Below, one piece after another: positions 39,221-50,609 of a DNA stretch of 64,000 nucleotides; position 1 is the first letter of the stretch; each line of letters begins with the position of its first letter. The stretch lies in NCBI GenBank assembly GCA_964458565.1, contig CAYWJO010000002.1:72908-136907 (forward strand). Reading direction: 5' to 3'. Source of the DNA: an uncultured archaeon (GTDB lineage Archaea > Asgardarchaeota > Thorarchaeia > Thorarchaeales > Thorarchaeaceae). The position numbers and the translations under genes were made by a program. The notes under the pieces were generated by a model that did no database searches, was not told where the DNA came from, and saw nothing but the letters and a program-made list of their open reading frames with translations.

Positions 39221-40012
39221 TTGATAAATACCAGAATGGTATCTGGGAGGTCAACATCAATGGCAGAAGAATCATTCCTTGGCTCACGTGAAGACCATGA
39301 AGACATCGAGGATATTGAAGGTCTTGACGATGTGGATTATGCAGTACGATTAGAAAACGTTTCAAGAATATACAAAATTGGGAAACGGGAGATACATGCA
39401 TTAAATGATATCACTCTTGATATCAGACCTGGTGAGTTCATTGTCGTTTCAGGCCATTCTGGATCTGGAAAATCTACTCTATTGAATCTCATAGGTTGTA
39501 TAGATTATGCAACATCAGGTAGAGTTCGTGTTATGGATGTACCAATAGAAGACTATGATGAATCCTTTAGAGCTACATTTCGGTTGACAAACACAGGCTT
39601 CATCTTCCAGAGTTACAATCTAATTTCTACTCTTACTGCACTTGAGAATGTAATGTTTCCAATGCAGCTCTCAGATAAGACTGAATCCGAGTTGGAAGCA
39701 GACGCCTTTGAGTTGCTTACCAAAGTGGGATTAGAAGAACGTGCAGATCATCTACCTTGGCAGCTCAGCTCAGGTGAGCAACAGCGGGTGGCAATTGCGC
39801 GTGCAATGGCAAACCATCCGTCTATTATTCTAGCCGATGAACCCACTGCTAATCTTGATGAAGAGAGTGCAGAAATGGTTCGTACACTCCTACTTGAATT
39901 TAAAGAAGCAGGGAAGACCTTGATTATAATGACTCATGATTTAGAAATCATAAACCTTCCTAACACACGACATATGAAAATGTCAAAGGGAGTTCTGATT
40001 GGAAATGACTGA
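39221..40012 (+). CDS. ABC ATPase, LolD/MacB type
   Basis: [27 protein letters not shown]. Confidence 0.93.
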   Translation: MINTRMVSGRSTSMAEESFLGSREDHEDIEDIEGLDDVDYAVRLENVSRIYKIGKREIHALNDITLDIRPGEFIVVSGHSGSGKSTLLNLIGCIDYATSGRVRVMDVPIEDYDESFRATFRLTNTGFIFQSYNLISTLTALENVMFPMQLSDKTESELEADAFELLTKVGLEERADHLPWQLSSGEQQRVAIARAMANHPSIILADEPTANLDEESAEMVRTLLLEFKEAGKTLIIMTHDLEIINLPNTRHMKMSKGVLIGND

Positions 40013-41876
40013 TCAAGACTATGCATCAAAAGATCTGAAACGACGCCCACGCAAGAGTTTCTTAGTCTTACTCTCACTTTCTACAGTCATTGCTGCAACA
40101 ACATTCCTATTTCTTTTCTCTAATACTCTCTTAGATGTGAGTCTTTTCATAACATCATCTGGTCCATTGTCATCATTAGCTATCTTCTATGAGTCCTTCA
40201 TATGGGCAATTCTTCTCCTATCAACTGTCTTGGGTCTAGTTGTAGTTTCAAGTACGATATCCCTTGAGATGACTAGTCGAAGAAGAGATATCGCTCTGAT
40301 GAAATCAATCGGGACGACTACCGATAGGCTTTATGATCACTTCATCGCGCAAGCATTAATCTTGCTTCTTGGAGGCTTGGTTATTGGAGTTGCAATTGGT
40401 ACCGTAATTCATATGTTGGGGCTTCTCTGGTTATCATCACTTCTTGTGGATCTCTCATTCACTTTCGTCTTTCCTTGGTTACAAATAGGAGTTATCAGTT
40501 TAATCTACCTCATAGCTGGTTATTTTGCTGCACAGAAACCCGTATTTGATACCATAAACGAATCCCCCATAAAATCTCTTAACCCTGATGTTGGAATGAA
40601 AATAAGCCGGAGTGGATTTTTTGATAGTTTTGGTCTTTACGTTCGAATAGCCACAAGAGCAACAGGACGACGCATTCAGGGCACTCGGCGCACAATGTTA
40701 TCTATCTTCTTGAGCATTGTATTAGCATCAATCCTTCTTATTGGAGGTGGTATCGTTGAAACTACAACGAATACCTATCTTACTCGCGCCATGGGGTCCA
40801 ACATTATTGCTATAGGAAACCCTGATCTCATTGACCAATACTATGGTGCCTATTCGCTTAACGGTGAGAACGTGAATAGTTCTTTTGATTTCTTGGATTC
40901 AGAAGACATCCTACCAGCAACCCTCATTGAGGATATTGCTTCACGAAATATTGTCGCACAATACGAACAACGTCTTGTGGACTATACTTCTGTGGAGGAA
41001 CTACCTGCAATAATATGGATTGAAGATCCCGTAAATCCCGAAGAAGGTTATTACACATCAGTAGGCGGACATAGAACAACCCCCACCCTGATTGTTGGTG
41101 TAGATATGCGTAACTCCATTTCTGATTGGTACTATGAAGGGACTTCATTGACAAATGAGCTTGATGCATGGATTGGTGGGCAACTAGCAAGTGATATCTT
41201 TGATGATCCACTTATTCAAAAAATGGAAGTATATGGCGTATCTCTTAATGTTTCAAGAATCGCATTTGATGTTTTAAACAGTGGAAATCTAGCTATCACA
41301 AGCTATGTTACTATGAGAACTGCTCTTGGGGTTGATGGTCCAAATCTTCTACTAGTGCAATTAGAAGAGTATAGCTCTTTCAATATCCAGCAGATTAAAT
41401 CTATTGTTGATTCTAGTGGTCTAAATCTTGCTGTGTTTGAACAGCAGGACCTATTGGAACAAAATCAAGTAGTTGTAGCATCACTTTGGGCACTTCTGCT
41501 ACCTCTACCTGTAATGGCCCTAGTCAGCGCATTTCTCGGATTGATGAACTATCTACTCGTTTCAGTCTTTGGCCGATTCAATGATTATGTAATAATGCGT
41601 TCAATAGGTGCAAAACCGTCGTTCATTGCAAAATGTATGATTACTGAAGGTGTTGATATGGGTACAAGGGCTGGCATTCCTGCGATCATTGTTGGAACAA
41701 TATTCAGTGCATTTCTGTTAGTCCCCGAAGCAGCACTTCCGTCCATTCTATTCCTTCCTGTGACAATTATGGCTATGATTCTTATAATGCTCGGAGTTGT
41801 TATACTTGCAGCTGTACCTGTCTATCTGATTTTCTCAAGTAAATCGGATTTACGTGTATCAGAATTTCAAATCTAA
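39999..41876 (+). CDS. FtsX/MacB-like ABC permease (two FtsX domains)
   Basis: RRRDIALMKSIG and RFNDYVIMRSIGA motifs. Confidence 0.88.
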   Translation: MEMTDQDYASKDLKRRPRKSFLVLLSLSTVIAATTFLFLFSNTLLDVSLFITSSGPLSSLAIFYESFIWAILLLSTVLGLVVVSSTISLEMTSRRRDIALMKSIGTTTDRLYDHFIAQALILLLGGLVIGVAIGTVIHMLGLLWLSSLLVDLSFTFVFPWLQIGVISLIYLIAGYFAAQKPVFDTINESPIKSLNPDVGMKISRSGFFDSFGLYVRIATRATGRRIQGTRRTMLSIFLSIVLASILLIGGGIVETTTNTYLTRAMGSNIIAIGNPDLIDQYYGAYSLNGENVNSSFDFLDSEDILPATLIEDIASRNIVAQYEQRLVDYTSVEELPAIIWIEDPVNPEEGYYTSVGGHRTTPTLIVGVDMRNSISDWYYEGTSLTNELDAWIGGQLASDIFDDPLIQKMEVYGVSLNVSRIAFDVLNSGNLAITSYVTMRTALGVDGPNLLLVQLEEYSSFNIQQIKSIVDSSGLNLAVFEQQDLLEQNQVVVASLWALLLPLPVMALVSAFLGLMNYLLVSVFGRFNDYVIMRSIGAKPSFIAKCMITEGVDMGTRAGIPAIIVGTIFSAFLLVPEAALPSILFLPVTIMAMILIMLGVVILAAVPVYLIFSSKSDLRVSEFQI

Positions 41877-41927
41877 ATACGGTAAGCTTCATTAGAGACG
41901 GCAGGGTTGCTGTTTCGTGTGAAGAGA

Positions 41928-43595
41928 ATGCCTGAAGAAACCACTGAAGATGAATTCTCAATTCATTGGATTCGAGATGTAGTTGATAGAGTACTAGAAC
42001 GTGAACCTGATGAATATCTAGTCGTAACTGGAAAGAGCATGAGCGGTAGTGTACATATTGGTTTCATGAAAGAAATCATTATAGCTGATACCATCAAGCG
42101 GGAACTTCAGGCAATGGGACAACAAGCAAAGACAGTGTTTATTGCAGATGATTACGATCCAATACGTTCCTTCCCACCAAGTATGAACCTCTCTCCTGAA
42201 GAATGGATGGGTGTTCCATATTCTGATGCACCTGATCCATCTGGGTGTTGTGACAATTTAGGTGCGCATTATACGAATGAACTAATTGAAACATTTCCAG
42301 ATTTTGGAGTGGACCCTGAGATTGTATCACAGTCAAAACTCTACAAGACAAAAGAGATGCTCGATGCTGTTCGTATTTGTTTAAACCATACAGAAACAAT
42401 CAGAGAGATTCTGATTGAATATGTGGCTCGCGACTTCGATGATACGCAGAAAGCTGAATACATCAATTCGATGAAGGACTGGTATCCTGCTTCGGTAATA
42501 TGTCCAATTTGTGGGCGGCTACAGTCTGGTGGTAAGGGCTCTATAGTACCAAACCGAGTAACAGCGTATAATGTGGAGAGTGAAGAGGTTTCTTACGAGT
42601 GTGCACACTGTGGACATACTGAAACTACACATCTGGATAAACTCAGATTGAAACTATCTTGGAGAGTGGATTGGCCTGCGAAATGGTATGTAATGAAAAC
42701 CACATGTGAACCAGCTGGTAAGGATCACTCTGTAAAAGGTGGTTCCTATGATACTGGTCTAGAGATATCTAGACGTGTCTTTGGTTGGTCTGGACCAGTT
42801 AAGGTGCCTTTTGAGTGGGTTCGTTTTGGGGGCCACGATATGGGTACGTCCAAAGGAGTTGTCTTTACTCCACGAGCATGGTTGAATGTTGCACCGCCCG
42901 AGTTGTTCAGATATATGGTACTTAGAACAGACCTCGAACGAGCAAACAATATCCAAACAGATTTAATTCCGGATTTAGTTGACATCTATGAAACATTTGA
43001 ACGGACTTACTATGGACTTGATGATGTTGATAATGCAACACAGGAACTAACAAGATTGCTCTATCCATTGACTGTAGTCCGTCCAGTGAGTGATGAATAC
43101 ATTCCCAAACTATCCTTTAAATTCGCAGTAGTGACATCACAGCTCCAAGGGATTTTGAATAGAGATGAAATTTTGGAACGCTGTTATGACGTCCTGAAAA
43201 AGCAATATAATCTGACTGAGGTTACGTCTGAAGCAAAGGCATTGATACCTAAAAGATTAGAGAGATCTTTAGGTTGGGCCAAGGAATTTGGTAGTGAACA
43301 GGATACAGTCGAAGTTCCGGAAACTGTCCCTGCTGATATTCTCTCGACATTTACAGACAAGGACCGGCTGTTTTTATCAAAACTAGTTGAAACCCTTCGA
43401 ATCGAGTCACTAGATGAGGATGGTATTCAATCATCCATCTTCAATATTGCTAGGGATATCGGTATCAAGCCAAAACGGGCATTCCAGGTGTTATATAACA
43501 TCCTTATCTCAAGGAAATCTGGACCTCGACTAGGTCCATTCATTATCACTCTTGGTACTGATTGGGTGGTTGATCGAATCTCAAGTATTTTGTAG
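41928..43595 (+). CDS. lysS: Lysine--tRNA ligase, class I
   Basis: HW, SGSVHIG, WRVDWPAKW, GKDH, GPRLG. Confidence 0.96.
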   Translation: MPEETTEDEFSIHWIRDVVDRVLEREPDEYLVVTGKSMSGSVHIGFMKEIIIADTIKRELQAMGQQAKTVFIADDYDPIRSFPPSMNLSPEEWMGVPYSDAPDPSGCCDNLGAHYTNELIETFPDFGVDPEIVSQSKLYKTKEMLDAVRICLNHTETIREILIEYVARDFDDTQKAEYINSMKDWYPASVICPICGRLQSGGKGSIVPNRVTAYNVESEEVSYECAHCGHTETTHLDKLRLKLSWRVDWPAKWYVMKTTCEPAGKDHSVKGGSYDTGLEISRRVFGWSGPVKVPFEWVRFGGHDMGTSKGVVFTPRAWLNVAPPELFRYMVLRTDLERANNIQTDLIPDLVDIYETFERTYYGLDDVDNATQELTRLLYPLTVVRPVSDEYIPKLSFKFAVVTSQLQGILNRDEILERCYDVLKKQYNLTEVTSEAKALIPKRLERSLGWAKEFGSEQDTVEVPETVPADILSTFTDKDRLFLSKLVETLRIESLDEDGIQSSIFNIARDIGIKPKRAFQVLYNILISRKSGPRLGPFIITLGTDWVVDRISSIL

Positions 43596-43652
43596 CTTGA
43601 TGACCATGTTTATTAGACCTACCAATTTCGCTCGGCAAGCCACATAGGAACT

Positions 43653-44354
43653 GTGAATGAAATGTTGGGAAAATTCAGAGAGCAATATCAGAAGATGATG
43701 GCACCAGTAGGAAAGGTACTGGCTAGAACTGGATTCACACCAAATATGATCACAGGCCTTACTTTAATTGTGGCTATCTTAACTGCTTACATCTTCGCTA
43801 TAGGACAGTTACTAATTGGGCTCTTTACTATGATTCTAACAGTAGTACTTGACATGTTCGACGGTGCAGTAGCAAGAGCAGCAAATCTTGCTTCACCATT
43901 TGGTGCAACATTCGACCATACCTTGGATAGATACGCAGAATTCTTCTTCATGTTGGGATTGATGTTGGGTCCACTTGGTGCAACCGAAACTTACGTCCAC
44001 TGGTTTTGGGGATATTTCACACTTTTCGGAATGATAATGGCTAGTTTTGCACGTGCAAAAGCGGAATCTGTTGGTGGCATGGAAAATTGCGCTGTTGGTA
44101 TTGCAGAGCGACAAGAGAAGCTCATCCTTACGATAATCGGTATCCTTCTCTTGGGTATTCCCACTACAAACATTTGGTTGGATTTCTTGAACCTGATATC
44201 TGCAGATTTAGCAACTTTCTTTGTGAGTATTGGAATCTATAACATTTTGATTGTATTCACAATTATTGCAGGTATTTTATCTCATATCACAGTAGCACAA
44301 CGTTTAGCTTATGCCAACAAGATGATACCCCGCCTACAAGTGACTAAGGAATAA
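43653..44354 (+). CDS. CDP-alcohol phosphatidyltransferase (archaetidylinositol phosphate synthase-like)
   Basis: TPN.IT, DMFDGAVAR...GATFDHTLDR. Confidence 0.92.
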   Translation: MNEMLGKFREQYQKMMAPVGKVLARTGFTPNMITGLTLIVAILTAYIFAIGQLLIGLFTMILTVVLDMFDGAVARAANLASPFGATFDHTLDRYAEFFFMLGLMLGPLGATETYVHWFWGYFTLFGMIMASFARAKAESVGGMENCAVGIAERQEKLILTIIGILLLGIPTTNIWLDFLNLISADLATFFVSIGIYNILIVFTIIAGILSHITVAQRLAYANKMIPRLQVTKE

Positions 44355-44362
44355 AACAATCA

Positions 44363-44710
44363 TTAATCTGTAAGATCGAACACCAATTCAAGTGTTTTAT
44401 GAATAAATTGTTTTGCCTCACTCATGGCTTCTTTGCCTTTCTCCGTTATCGCATAGTACTTCCTGGGAGAATCACTGCCTTGTTGCTCTTCAATTAGACC
44501 ATCATTTCGTAGTCGGTATATTATCGCATAACCACTCACAGTTGCAGGTTTAAACCCAAACCTTTCAATGATTAGTTGTTTTATCTCGTATCCGTAGTGT
44601 GGTCTTTCCTGTAATAATCTCAGAATATAGATCCATAACATGTCCTTTGTTAGATTCTTGTTCAATCTATGGACGGCTTTTGATGTTCTTTCATCATCTT
44701 CTACAGACAT
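44363..44710 (-). CDS. PadR family regulator
   Basis: HYGYEI, RKYYAITEKG. Confidence 0.9.
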   Translation of the reverse strand: MSVEDDERTSKAVHRLNKNLTKDMLWIYILRLLQERPHYGYEIKQLIIERFGFKPATVSGYAIIYRLRNDGLIEEQQGSDSPRKYYAITEKGKEAMSEAKQFIHKTLELVFDLTD

Positions 44711-45294
44711 TAGGTAATCAACCTCTCAAGTTGGGCTATAACCAATGCTATGCAGTGGCTACCTAGATAGCTCGTATCTCCAAGTGACATAGAAGGAATC
44801 TGGTATTTCTTGATTACTTCATATGCGTATGAATCGAAACCTCGATTGTTTCCTAACATAAAACTGTTCTGAGAGTGAGAAATCCTGTTTAAAATCCCCT
44901 TGAAACTAACTCCTTCCTCATCCATGACCCAAATATCTGAGATCCTTCGTATCCGCTTCACTAAGGTATCCAGATTCTCATAAGTCTTTGAGATAAATGG
45001 ACATGATCCCTCTTGAAGTACATTCGATATTTCTTTAGCCCATCCAACCTCCCCTAGTGGCATGTCTTTATGAGATGTGAAAGTGAGAGAAAGTTCGTTA
45101 CTAAGAATAGCTACAATCTCCAAGGTATTGTTATTCAAGATATTAGGACCCCATTTAAAACAAGCATCTAGACATCTACAAAGAATGTCAATACGCTTTC
45201 CGGAACCTGGAAGGTCTTTTAGAATGAACTTGCCAGATGTAGGTAAATTTGGAAATATCAAGATGAATCGGATAAGGTTTGATTGTCGCGGCAT
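44710..45294 (-). CDS. trmY: tRNA (pseudouridine54-N1)-methyltransferase TrmY-like
   Basis: LKDLPG.G.RIDILCRC, FMLG..RG, SLG..Y..SHCI SPOUT motifs. Confidence 0.8.
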   Translation of the reverse strand: MPRQSNLIRFILIFPNLPTSGKFILKDLPGSGKRIDILCRCLDACFKWGPNILNNNTLEIVAILSNELSLTFTSHKDMPLGEVGWAKEISNVLQEGSCPFISKTYENLDTLVKRIRRISDIWVMDEEGVSFKGILNRISHSQNSFMLGNNRGFDSYAYEVIKKYQIPSMSLGDTSYLGSHCIALVIAQLERLIT

Positions 45295-45370
45295 TTAGAG
45301 AACCAGCTATGGTGGTTACAAGGCAATAAATTGAAAATCCAAGATGAATTCTAACATTGTCTGTTTGAAA

Positions 45371-45643
45371 TTAACGTCTATCTCGTCTTTCTGATGCTTG
45401 TCGAATCTGGACTCTGCCAGAGTGGACTGCACAACTAACGCAATAATATTGAGTCAGACGTCGCGAATGGATAAATGAACCTTGTTGCCTGAGTTCTCTT
45501 GCTAATTGTGGATCAACAGGTGAAACTCGTTTTGTGAATTTCTTGGCCTTATCAGCTGGAACCATTGAGCCACATCTGGAGCACTGTACTGATCCTGTCT
45601 TTCCGGACTTGCTTCGTCCACCAGACTTTCTTTTCTTTGCCAC
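45371..45643 (-). CDS. rps26e: Ribosomal protein eS26
   Basis: KKRKSGGR, VQCSRCG..VP.DKA, YCVSCAVH. Confidence 0.95.
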   Translation of the reverse strand: MAKKRKSGGRSKSGKTGSVQCSRCGSMVPADKAKKFTKRVSPVDPQLARELRQQGSFIHSRRLTQYYCVSCAVHSGRVQIRQASERRDRR

Positions 45644-45718
45644 TTAATCTTGCCACCTTATCGGTTGGACTGGCCAACTCGGGTACGCTTAAAACATTGT
45701 TCATGAGTGAGTTAAAAA

Positions 45719-46804
45719 CTACCAATATGTGTTGACTGTTTCAAAAACGCGAGCAATAGCCTCATGATTTGCATCTATAATTGGTTCAGGTGTAACTCTC
45801 TCTATTTGATCTTCCATCACTTGAAGTGGTTTTCCAAGGAGGCCGTCCATACTCGCTTCTATTGATGGTCCTATCATTAGAGGATTATAACCTCCCTCCA
45901 ATATCCAGAATGAGCCTTTCGCTTTTGTTGACTCGACGAGGGAACGTACGGTTTTTCCAATATACCAGAAGGTTGTCGTATCTACAGCCATATTTCCCAC
46001 AGGATCTGCATAATGGGCATCGTATCCTGCTGAGATGGCAATTACTTCTGGATCGAAGCTTTTTACTGATGGAATCACAATTTCATCAATGGCCGCCTTA
46101 TATGATTCATCTGGAGCTCCATCAACAAGCGGTATATTGATGTTAGTCCCCTCTCCTTCACCATGACCTATCTCCTCGTAGTGTCCTTGTCCGAAGTTTT
46201 CATAATCATACTCATGAAGTGATATGTATTGCACATTCGGATTTGAGTAGAAAATCTCTGCAGTACCATTCCCAAAATGATCATCGAAATCGATAATTGA
46301 TACTTTCTCCACACCCAGATGTCTTCTAGCAAATTCAACTGCAATTGCAATATTGTTGAAATAACAGAGCCCCATTGGGTTTGATGTTGATGCATGATGA
46401 CCTGGGGGGCGCATTAAGGTGAATGTGTTGATTTCCTTACCTTTTACGACTGACTCGACCGCTTGTAACGCACCTCCAACTGTGTAAATTGCTGAACGCA
46501 TAAGGTCCGGGCTTGCATATGCTGCATCTCCTACCTCACCGCTACCCAACTCTGACATCAGTTTAACTGAGTCCAGAAGATATGGGGAATGAACAAGCAA
46601 GATATCCTCCTCTCTTGCCTTTCTCGCTTGAATCAATGTTTCTTCAGTAATCATGCCCTTTCTTCGAAGGTGTTTCTCCGCCATTTGAACTCGTAGTGCA
46701 CTATCAAATGACTCCAGATTCGGTTTCGGAAATGGTTGATAGTGAAGTAGAGATTTTTCGCTCAAAATGAATTTTAGATTATTTATTTTCATGACAATCA
46801 CCAC
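45719..46804 (-). CDS. Histone deacetylase family protein
   Basis: RPPGHHA, G.CYFNN, DFDDHFGNGT, GYDAH..DP, LEGGY. Confidence 0.93.
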   Translation of the reverse strand: MVIVMKINNLKFILSEKSLLHYQPFPKPNLESFDSALRVQMAEKHLRRKGMITEETLIQARKAREEDILLVHSPYLLDSVKLMSELGSGEVGDAAYASPDLMRSAIYTVGGALQAVESVVKGKEINTFTLMRPPGHHASTSNPMGLCYFNNIAIAVEFARRHLGVEKVSIIDFDDHFGNGTAEIFYSNPNVQYISLHEYDYENFGQGHYEEIGHGEGEGTNINIPLVDGAPDESYKAAIDEIVIPSVKSFDPEVIAISAGYDAHYADPVGNMAVDTTTFWYIGKTVRSLVESTKAKGSFWILEGGYNPLMIGPSIEASMDGLLGKPLQVMEDQIERVTPEPIIDANHEAIARVFETVNTYW

Positions 46805-48282
46805 ATATCATTAAGTGACTCCTTAAGTTGCGCCCATTCCTGAGGTCTGAATTCGGTTTCAATCTGAAGGATATATCGTGTTAATATGTTGAGGATTTTA
46901 AGGGAAGTATCATCATTCTTAATTCTTGATATTCCTTGAATTGGGTTTTCTTTCAGAATGCTTTCAATCATCTTGTTAGGATCCACCCATTCCCTTCTTC
47001 TAGTAACCCAATAATAACCATCTCTTTCAAATACTGAATCATGTGACTGTTTGAAACTCTCAACTGCATCAACCAAATTGGAGGGAGGTCCTTTTTGGTC
47101 ATAATATTGAGATATCTCTGCTTTTTCAAATAGGAACCCGAGTGTGAAAATATCTCTATCAAGCATAACTTCTGTGATTATTCTGCCAAATCGTGTTTCT
47201 CCGGTTGATTCTTTTTCAAGTTTATATCTTATTTTTCTCGCTAAACTTTGTAATTTGTCACGTAGAATTGTATAATGCTTGAGACCATCATCAGCGAATA
47301 CAAATGATGAAGTATATGGAACAAGAGCCTCTGGAAGGGGATATTTTGGAATTGGTTGCTCAAGAATCAATTCTTTGGCATGTTTAAGGTCTCTATTACT
47401 TATTCTCTGAAGAAGTTCTTGTGCTCTATGTCTTGTCCATTGGTATGCGCGTAGGTCAATACTTGATGCAACATTTCTATTTGTATCCGTGGGGTCAATT
47501 ATGAATATCTCATTATCTTGGAATTTGATTGTCTGGTTCAAGTCCTTCTGTGTTCGTCGCTTAGAATCAAGAGGCTTCGTGTTGAGATCTATCAAAATCT
47601 GGAGTGCTTCGTTGAAATCATCCGATTGTAATGTAATTATCTCAAGGGAATATCCCGGGAATCCCATCCATCCAATTGTTGGCATGTCGCCATAAGTGTA
47701 ACAAGCTCTTACGAAAGATTTCAGAATCCGTGCATCATCTCTCTTTTTTGAGTCTATTCTACCACTTACATATCTTGAGTGATGGACAGTCCTATCTACT
47801 GCAGTAATAGGACCGTTAGTTCTTAGTTCATCATCTGAAATATCAAAACATCCCACAATGTCAACATCAATATTCTTTATGTTCATAGACAAATAGGGGT
47901 GTTGAGAATATGTCTTCTGAATGTTTTCACATTTTAGTCGATTAGCCACTTCTATAAACCACGAATCTACTAATTCACTGAAGAGACTATCAATCGTCTT
48001 CCTACGTTCTTTTATTGGTTGATGTAAAATTTCGTTATACGATTGTGGACGCAATGCAACAAAAATATCAATATCTGCAGCATTCCTCAACTGGGTCTGT
48101 TTCATTCCTGTGGAACCTTGAGCCTCAATAAACGAATAGTCCTGTTCTATCTCGTTGGCTCTATCAATCAATTCTTTTGTTACTTTCTCAATGATGGATT
48201 GCTGAGTTTCAATCTCGTACTGAGTTGGTTTGATAAGAGATAAAATCACCTCCCTCAGATCATTGAGAATCTCTTCCATCAT
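46798..48282 (-). CDS. cca: CCA-adding enzyme (archaeal class I)
   Basis: GS....T.L....DIDIF, YSQHPY, DVDIV, TAVDRT..H, DPTD..RNVA. Confidence 0.88.
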   Translation of the reverse strand: MMEEILNDLREVILSLIKPTQYEIETQQSIIEKVTKELIDRANEIEQDYSFIEAQGSTGMKQTQLRNAADIDIFVALRPQSYNEILHQPIKERRKTIDSLFSELVDSWFIEVANRLKCENIQKTYSQHPYLSMNIKNIDVDIVGCFDISDDELRTNGPITAVDRTVHHSRYVSGRIDSKKRDDARILKSFVRACYTYGDMPTIGWMGFPGYSLEIITLQSDDFNEALQILIDLNTKPLDSKRRTQKDLNQTIKFQDNEIFIIDPTDTNRNVASSIDLRAYQWTRHRAQELLQRISNRDLKHAKELILEQPIPKYPLPEALVPYTSSFVFADDGLKHYTILRDKLQSLARKIRYKLEKESTGETRFGRIITEVMLDRDIFTLGFLFEKAEISQYYDQKGPPSNLVDAVESFKQSHDSVFERDGYYWVTRRREWVDPNKMIESILKENPIQGISRIKNDDTSLKILNILTRYILQIETEFRPQEWAQLKESLNDMW

Positions 48283-48385
48283 TCATCACATCAATGATTG
48301 TATATATTTACTAAGATATCTTGTCTCCCCTCAGCCTTAAATCCATGTCATTGATGGTTTACTTGGATAAATCGAGGTAACACCT

Positions 48386-48871
48386 GTGCAATCGCTGATA
48401 CCAATTGTAATTACAATATTAAGAAAGGATGAAAAGTATCTCTTCATCAAGCGTTCAAAACCTCCGTACGAGAATCTCTGGAGTCTAGTAGGAGGAAAGC
48501 TGGAAGTAGGAGAGCACGTTACTAAAGCGGCTGTTCGTGAGGTAAAAGAAGAAACAGGTGCCGAACAAATTTTAAACTATGATATTCGTGGTTTTGTGTC
48601 AGAACGCCTTGTTGATACAAAAGACAATCTGATTGCTCACTTCTTGATTTATGTTGGTTATGCAGAGATTGGATTCTTTAAAGGTTCACATCGAGAGGGC
48701 GAACTCGCATTATTCACCTATGATGAGATCGGGGATAGGTCTGATCAGTTTCTACCCTCTGATCTAGAAATGTTCTCGCAATTTCATAAACTTCCATTGG
48801 AACATATATTCTTTGAAGCAGAATTAGTCAGTGATGATGGTTATCATCTGAAGTATTTCAGAAGGTCTTAG
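48386..48871 (+). CDS. NUDIX hydrolase
   Basis: GGKLEVGE....AAVREVKEETG. Confidence 0.9.
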   Translation: MQSLIPIVITILRKDEKYLFIKRSKPPYENLWSLVGGKLEVGEHVTKAAVREVKEETGAEQILNYDIRGFVSERLVDTKDNLIAHFLIYVGYAEIGFFKGSHREGELALFTYDEIGDRSDQFLPSDLEMFSQFHKLPLEHIFFEAELVSDDGYHLKYFRRS

Positions 48872-48872
48872 A

Positions 48873-49850
48873 TTGAAGATTGGAGATATCGAGATTACAC
48901 CGTTAGCAGCTGAAAGCATGGGTGTTCGCTCTCTCTGTACAAAAATAACAACCCCGAATGTGAATATTCTCTTTGACCCTTCTGCAGCACTTGCGATGAG
49001 ATTTAGACTTGAACCACACCCGATGGAATATCGTATTCTTCTAAAAACTCTGGAAAGGATCTTTGTGGCTGCAAGAAACGCAGACATTCTATCATTCTCG
49101 CATTACCACTTTGACCATATACGACCGGGATTCACTAATTTTCGATACAACTTCAGTTCCTTAGAAGAATTACAAAGAATGGTTGAAGGAAAACACGTTA
49201 TCGCAAAAGATTTCCGTGAGAATATCAATCCATCACAGCGTCGTCGAGGTTTTTATTTCGAGAAGGACATAAAGGAATCTGCTGATAGAATCCAATGGGC
49301 CGATAATCTTCAGCTGAAATTCGATGATACAACTATAACATATTCTGCACCTCTTCCCCATGGTGCCGAGGGTTCCAGATTAGGTTTTATTGTTGCTACA
49401 ACAGTGGAGTACTCAGAAAACAAGGTGGTTTTTTGTCCCGACGTTCAAGGTCCTATAGTTGAGGATACCTTGAAATATCTACTAGGAATAAATCCTGATC
49501 TACTCATCATTGGTGGCCCACCTCTTTACATAAGTCAATTTCCAGTTTCCGATCAACACAAAGCTCTCGCTTCTCTCACATTACTTGTGCAATGCATTCC
49601 GGTGGTTGTGGTTGATCATCACTTGATGCGGTCTGAGAACTGGGAAGTATGGTTAAATCCGGTTTACAAACAAGCTTCTGAGAGTAATAATCGGTTACTT
49701 ACTATGGCTGAACTCAAGGAGGATATCAATCAGTGTCTAGAAGCAAATCGACAACACCTATACAGTGATTTTCCTCCTGGGGACGATTTTATGAATTGGA
49801 TACGGAGCACTGACGAATATAAGATGCAAAACAAACCGCCTCTCAAATAG
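48873..49850 (+). CDS. UPF0282 metallo-beta-lactamase-fold hydrolase
   Basis: PLAAESMGVRS, SHYHFDH, DVQGP, DHHLMR. Confidence 0.88.
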   Translation: MKIGDIEITPLAAESMGVRSLCTKITTPNVNILFDPSAALAMRFRLEPHPMEYRILLKTLERIFVAARNADILSFSHYHFDHIRPGFTNFRYNFSSLEELQRMVEGKHVIAKDFRENINPSQRRRGFYFEKDIKESADRIQWADNLQLKFDDTTITYSAPLPHGAEGSRLGFIVATTVEYSENKVVFCPDVQGPIVEDTLKYLLGINPDLLIIGGPPLYISQFPVSDQHKALASLTLLVQCIPVVVVDHHLMRSENWEVWLNPVYKQASESNNRLLTMAELKEDINQCLEANRQHLYSDFPPGDDFMNWIRSTDEYKMQNKPPLK

Positions 49851-50032
49851 TGGAGATTAAGTATTGATACCAATGTACTACAAAGTGTAATATGAAATAT
49901 TTCTGGATTTTTAATAGGATACAATTGCCATATGGGTTGATGAGATACCCACAGCAAAGTATCTAATACAAATTCGAGAAATAAATGTGAAACTAAACCA
50001 CATTTAATATCGTTATATACGTTGGAATAGGA

Positions 50033-50608
50033 TTGAACACAATGATGGTTGGAAGCGAGAAGAAAAAGTCTTCTGATGATGAAGGTAACTCCACACGTGA
50101 CCTTCTAGATCGCTTCAAGAGTGCCATATCCGAAGCCAATGAACTTCTAGTTGATGAGAAATTCCAACAAGCTATGGCATTGTATTTCGATGCGAGTCAA
50201 TCTGCCGACGAGATGTGTGAAAGATTTTTCACATTATTGATGAAAACCGCTCCCAGCAATGCACACCGTACTCTATTGGTCGAAGTTCTAAGCTGGAGAA
50301 TCAGATATTTTACTGCACAGTATGATTACCACCTTTCTGTAGCTCAAACTCTTACAGGACTGCCTCGAGAAGAATGGATTGCTCGCTCCGAAACCATTCT
50401 CATTCTTTCACAGACACTTGTTGATAAATTGCTTCCAACTCTTACCAACGTCGATGATCCAGCCATCCAGCATCGTGTTAGAGACCTATTAGCCGATTGG
50501 GTGAATGGAGTCCGAAAATTAGTTGAAAACCTGACCAATTGGGGGATGGCAAGCTCACAGGCAGCACGAGTTCTTGAATGGGCAATCGATAATGGTCTAG
50601 AACAGTGA
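50033..50608 (+). CDS. All-helical hypothetical protein
   Basis: Long ORF, helical pattern. Confidence 0.65.
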   Translation: MNTMMVGSEKKKSSDDEGNSTRDLLDRFKSAISEANELLVDEKFQQAMALYFDASQSADEMCERFFTLLMKTAPSNAHRTLLVEVLSWRIRYFTAQYDYHLSVAQTLTGLPREEWIARSETILILSQTLVDKLLPTLTNVDDPAIQHRVRDLLADWVNGVRKLVENLTNWGMASSQAARVLEWAIDNGLEQ

Positions 50609-50609
50609 T

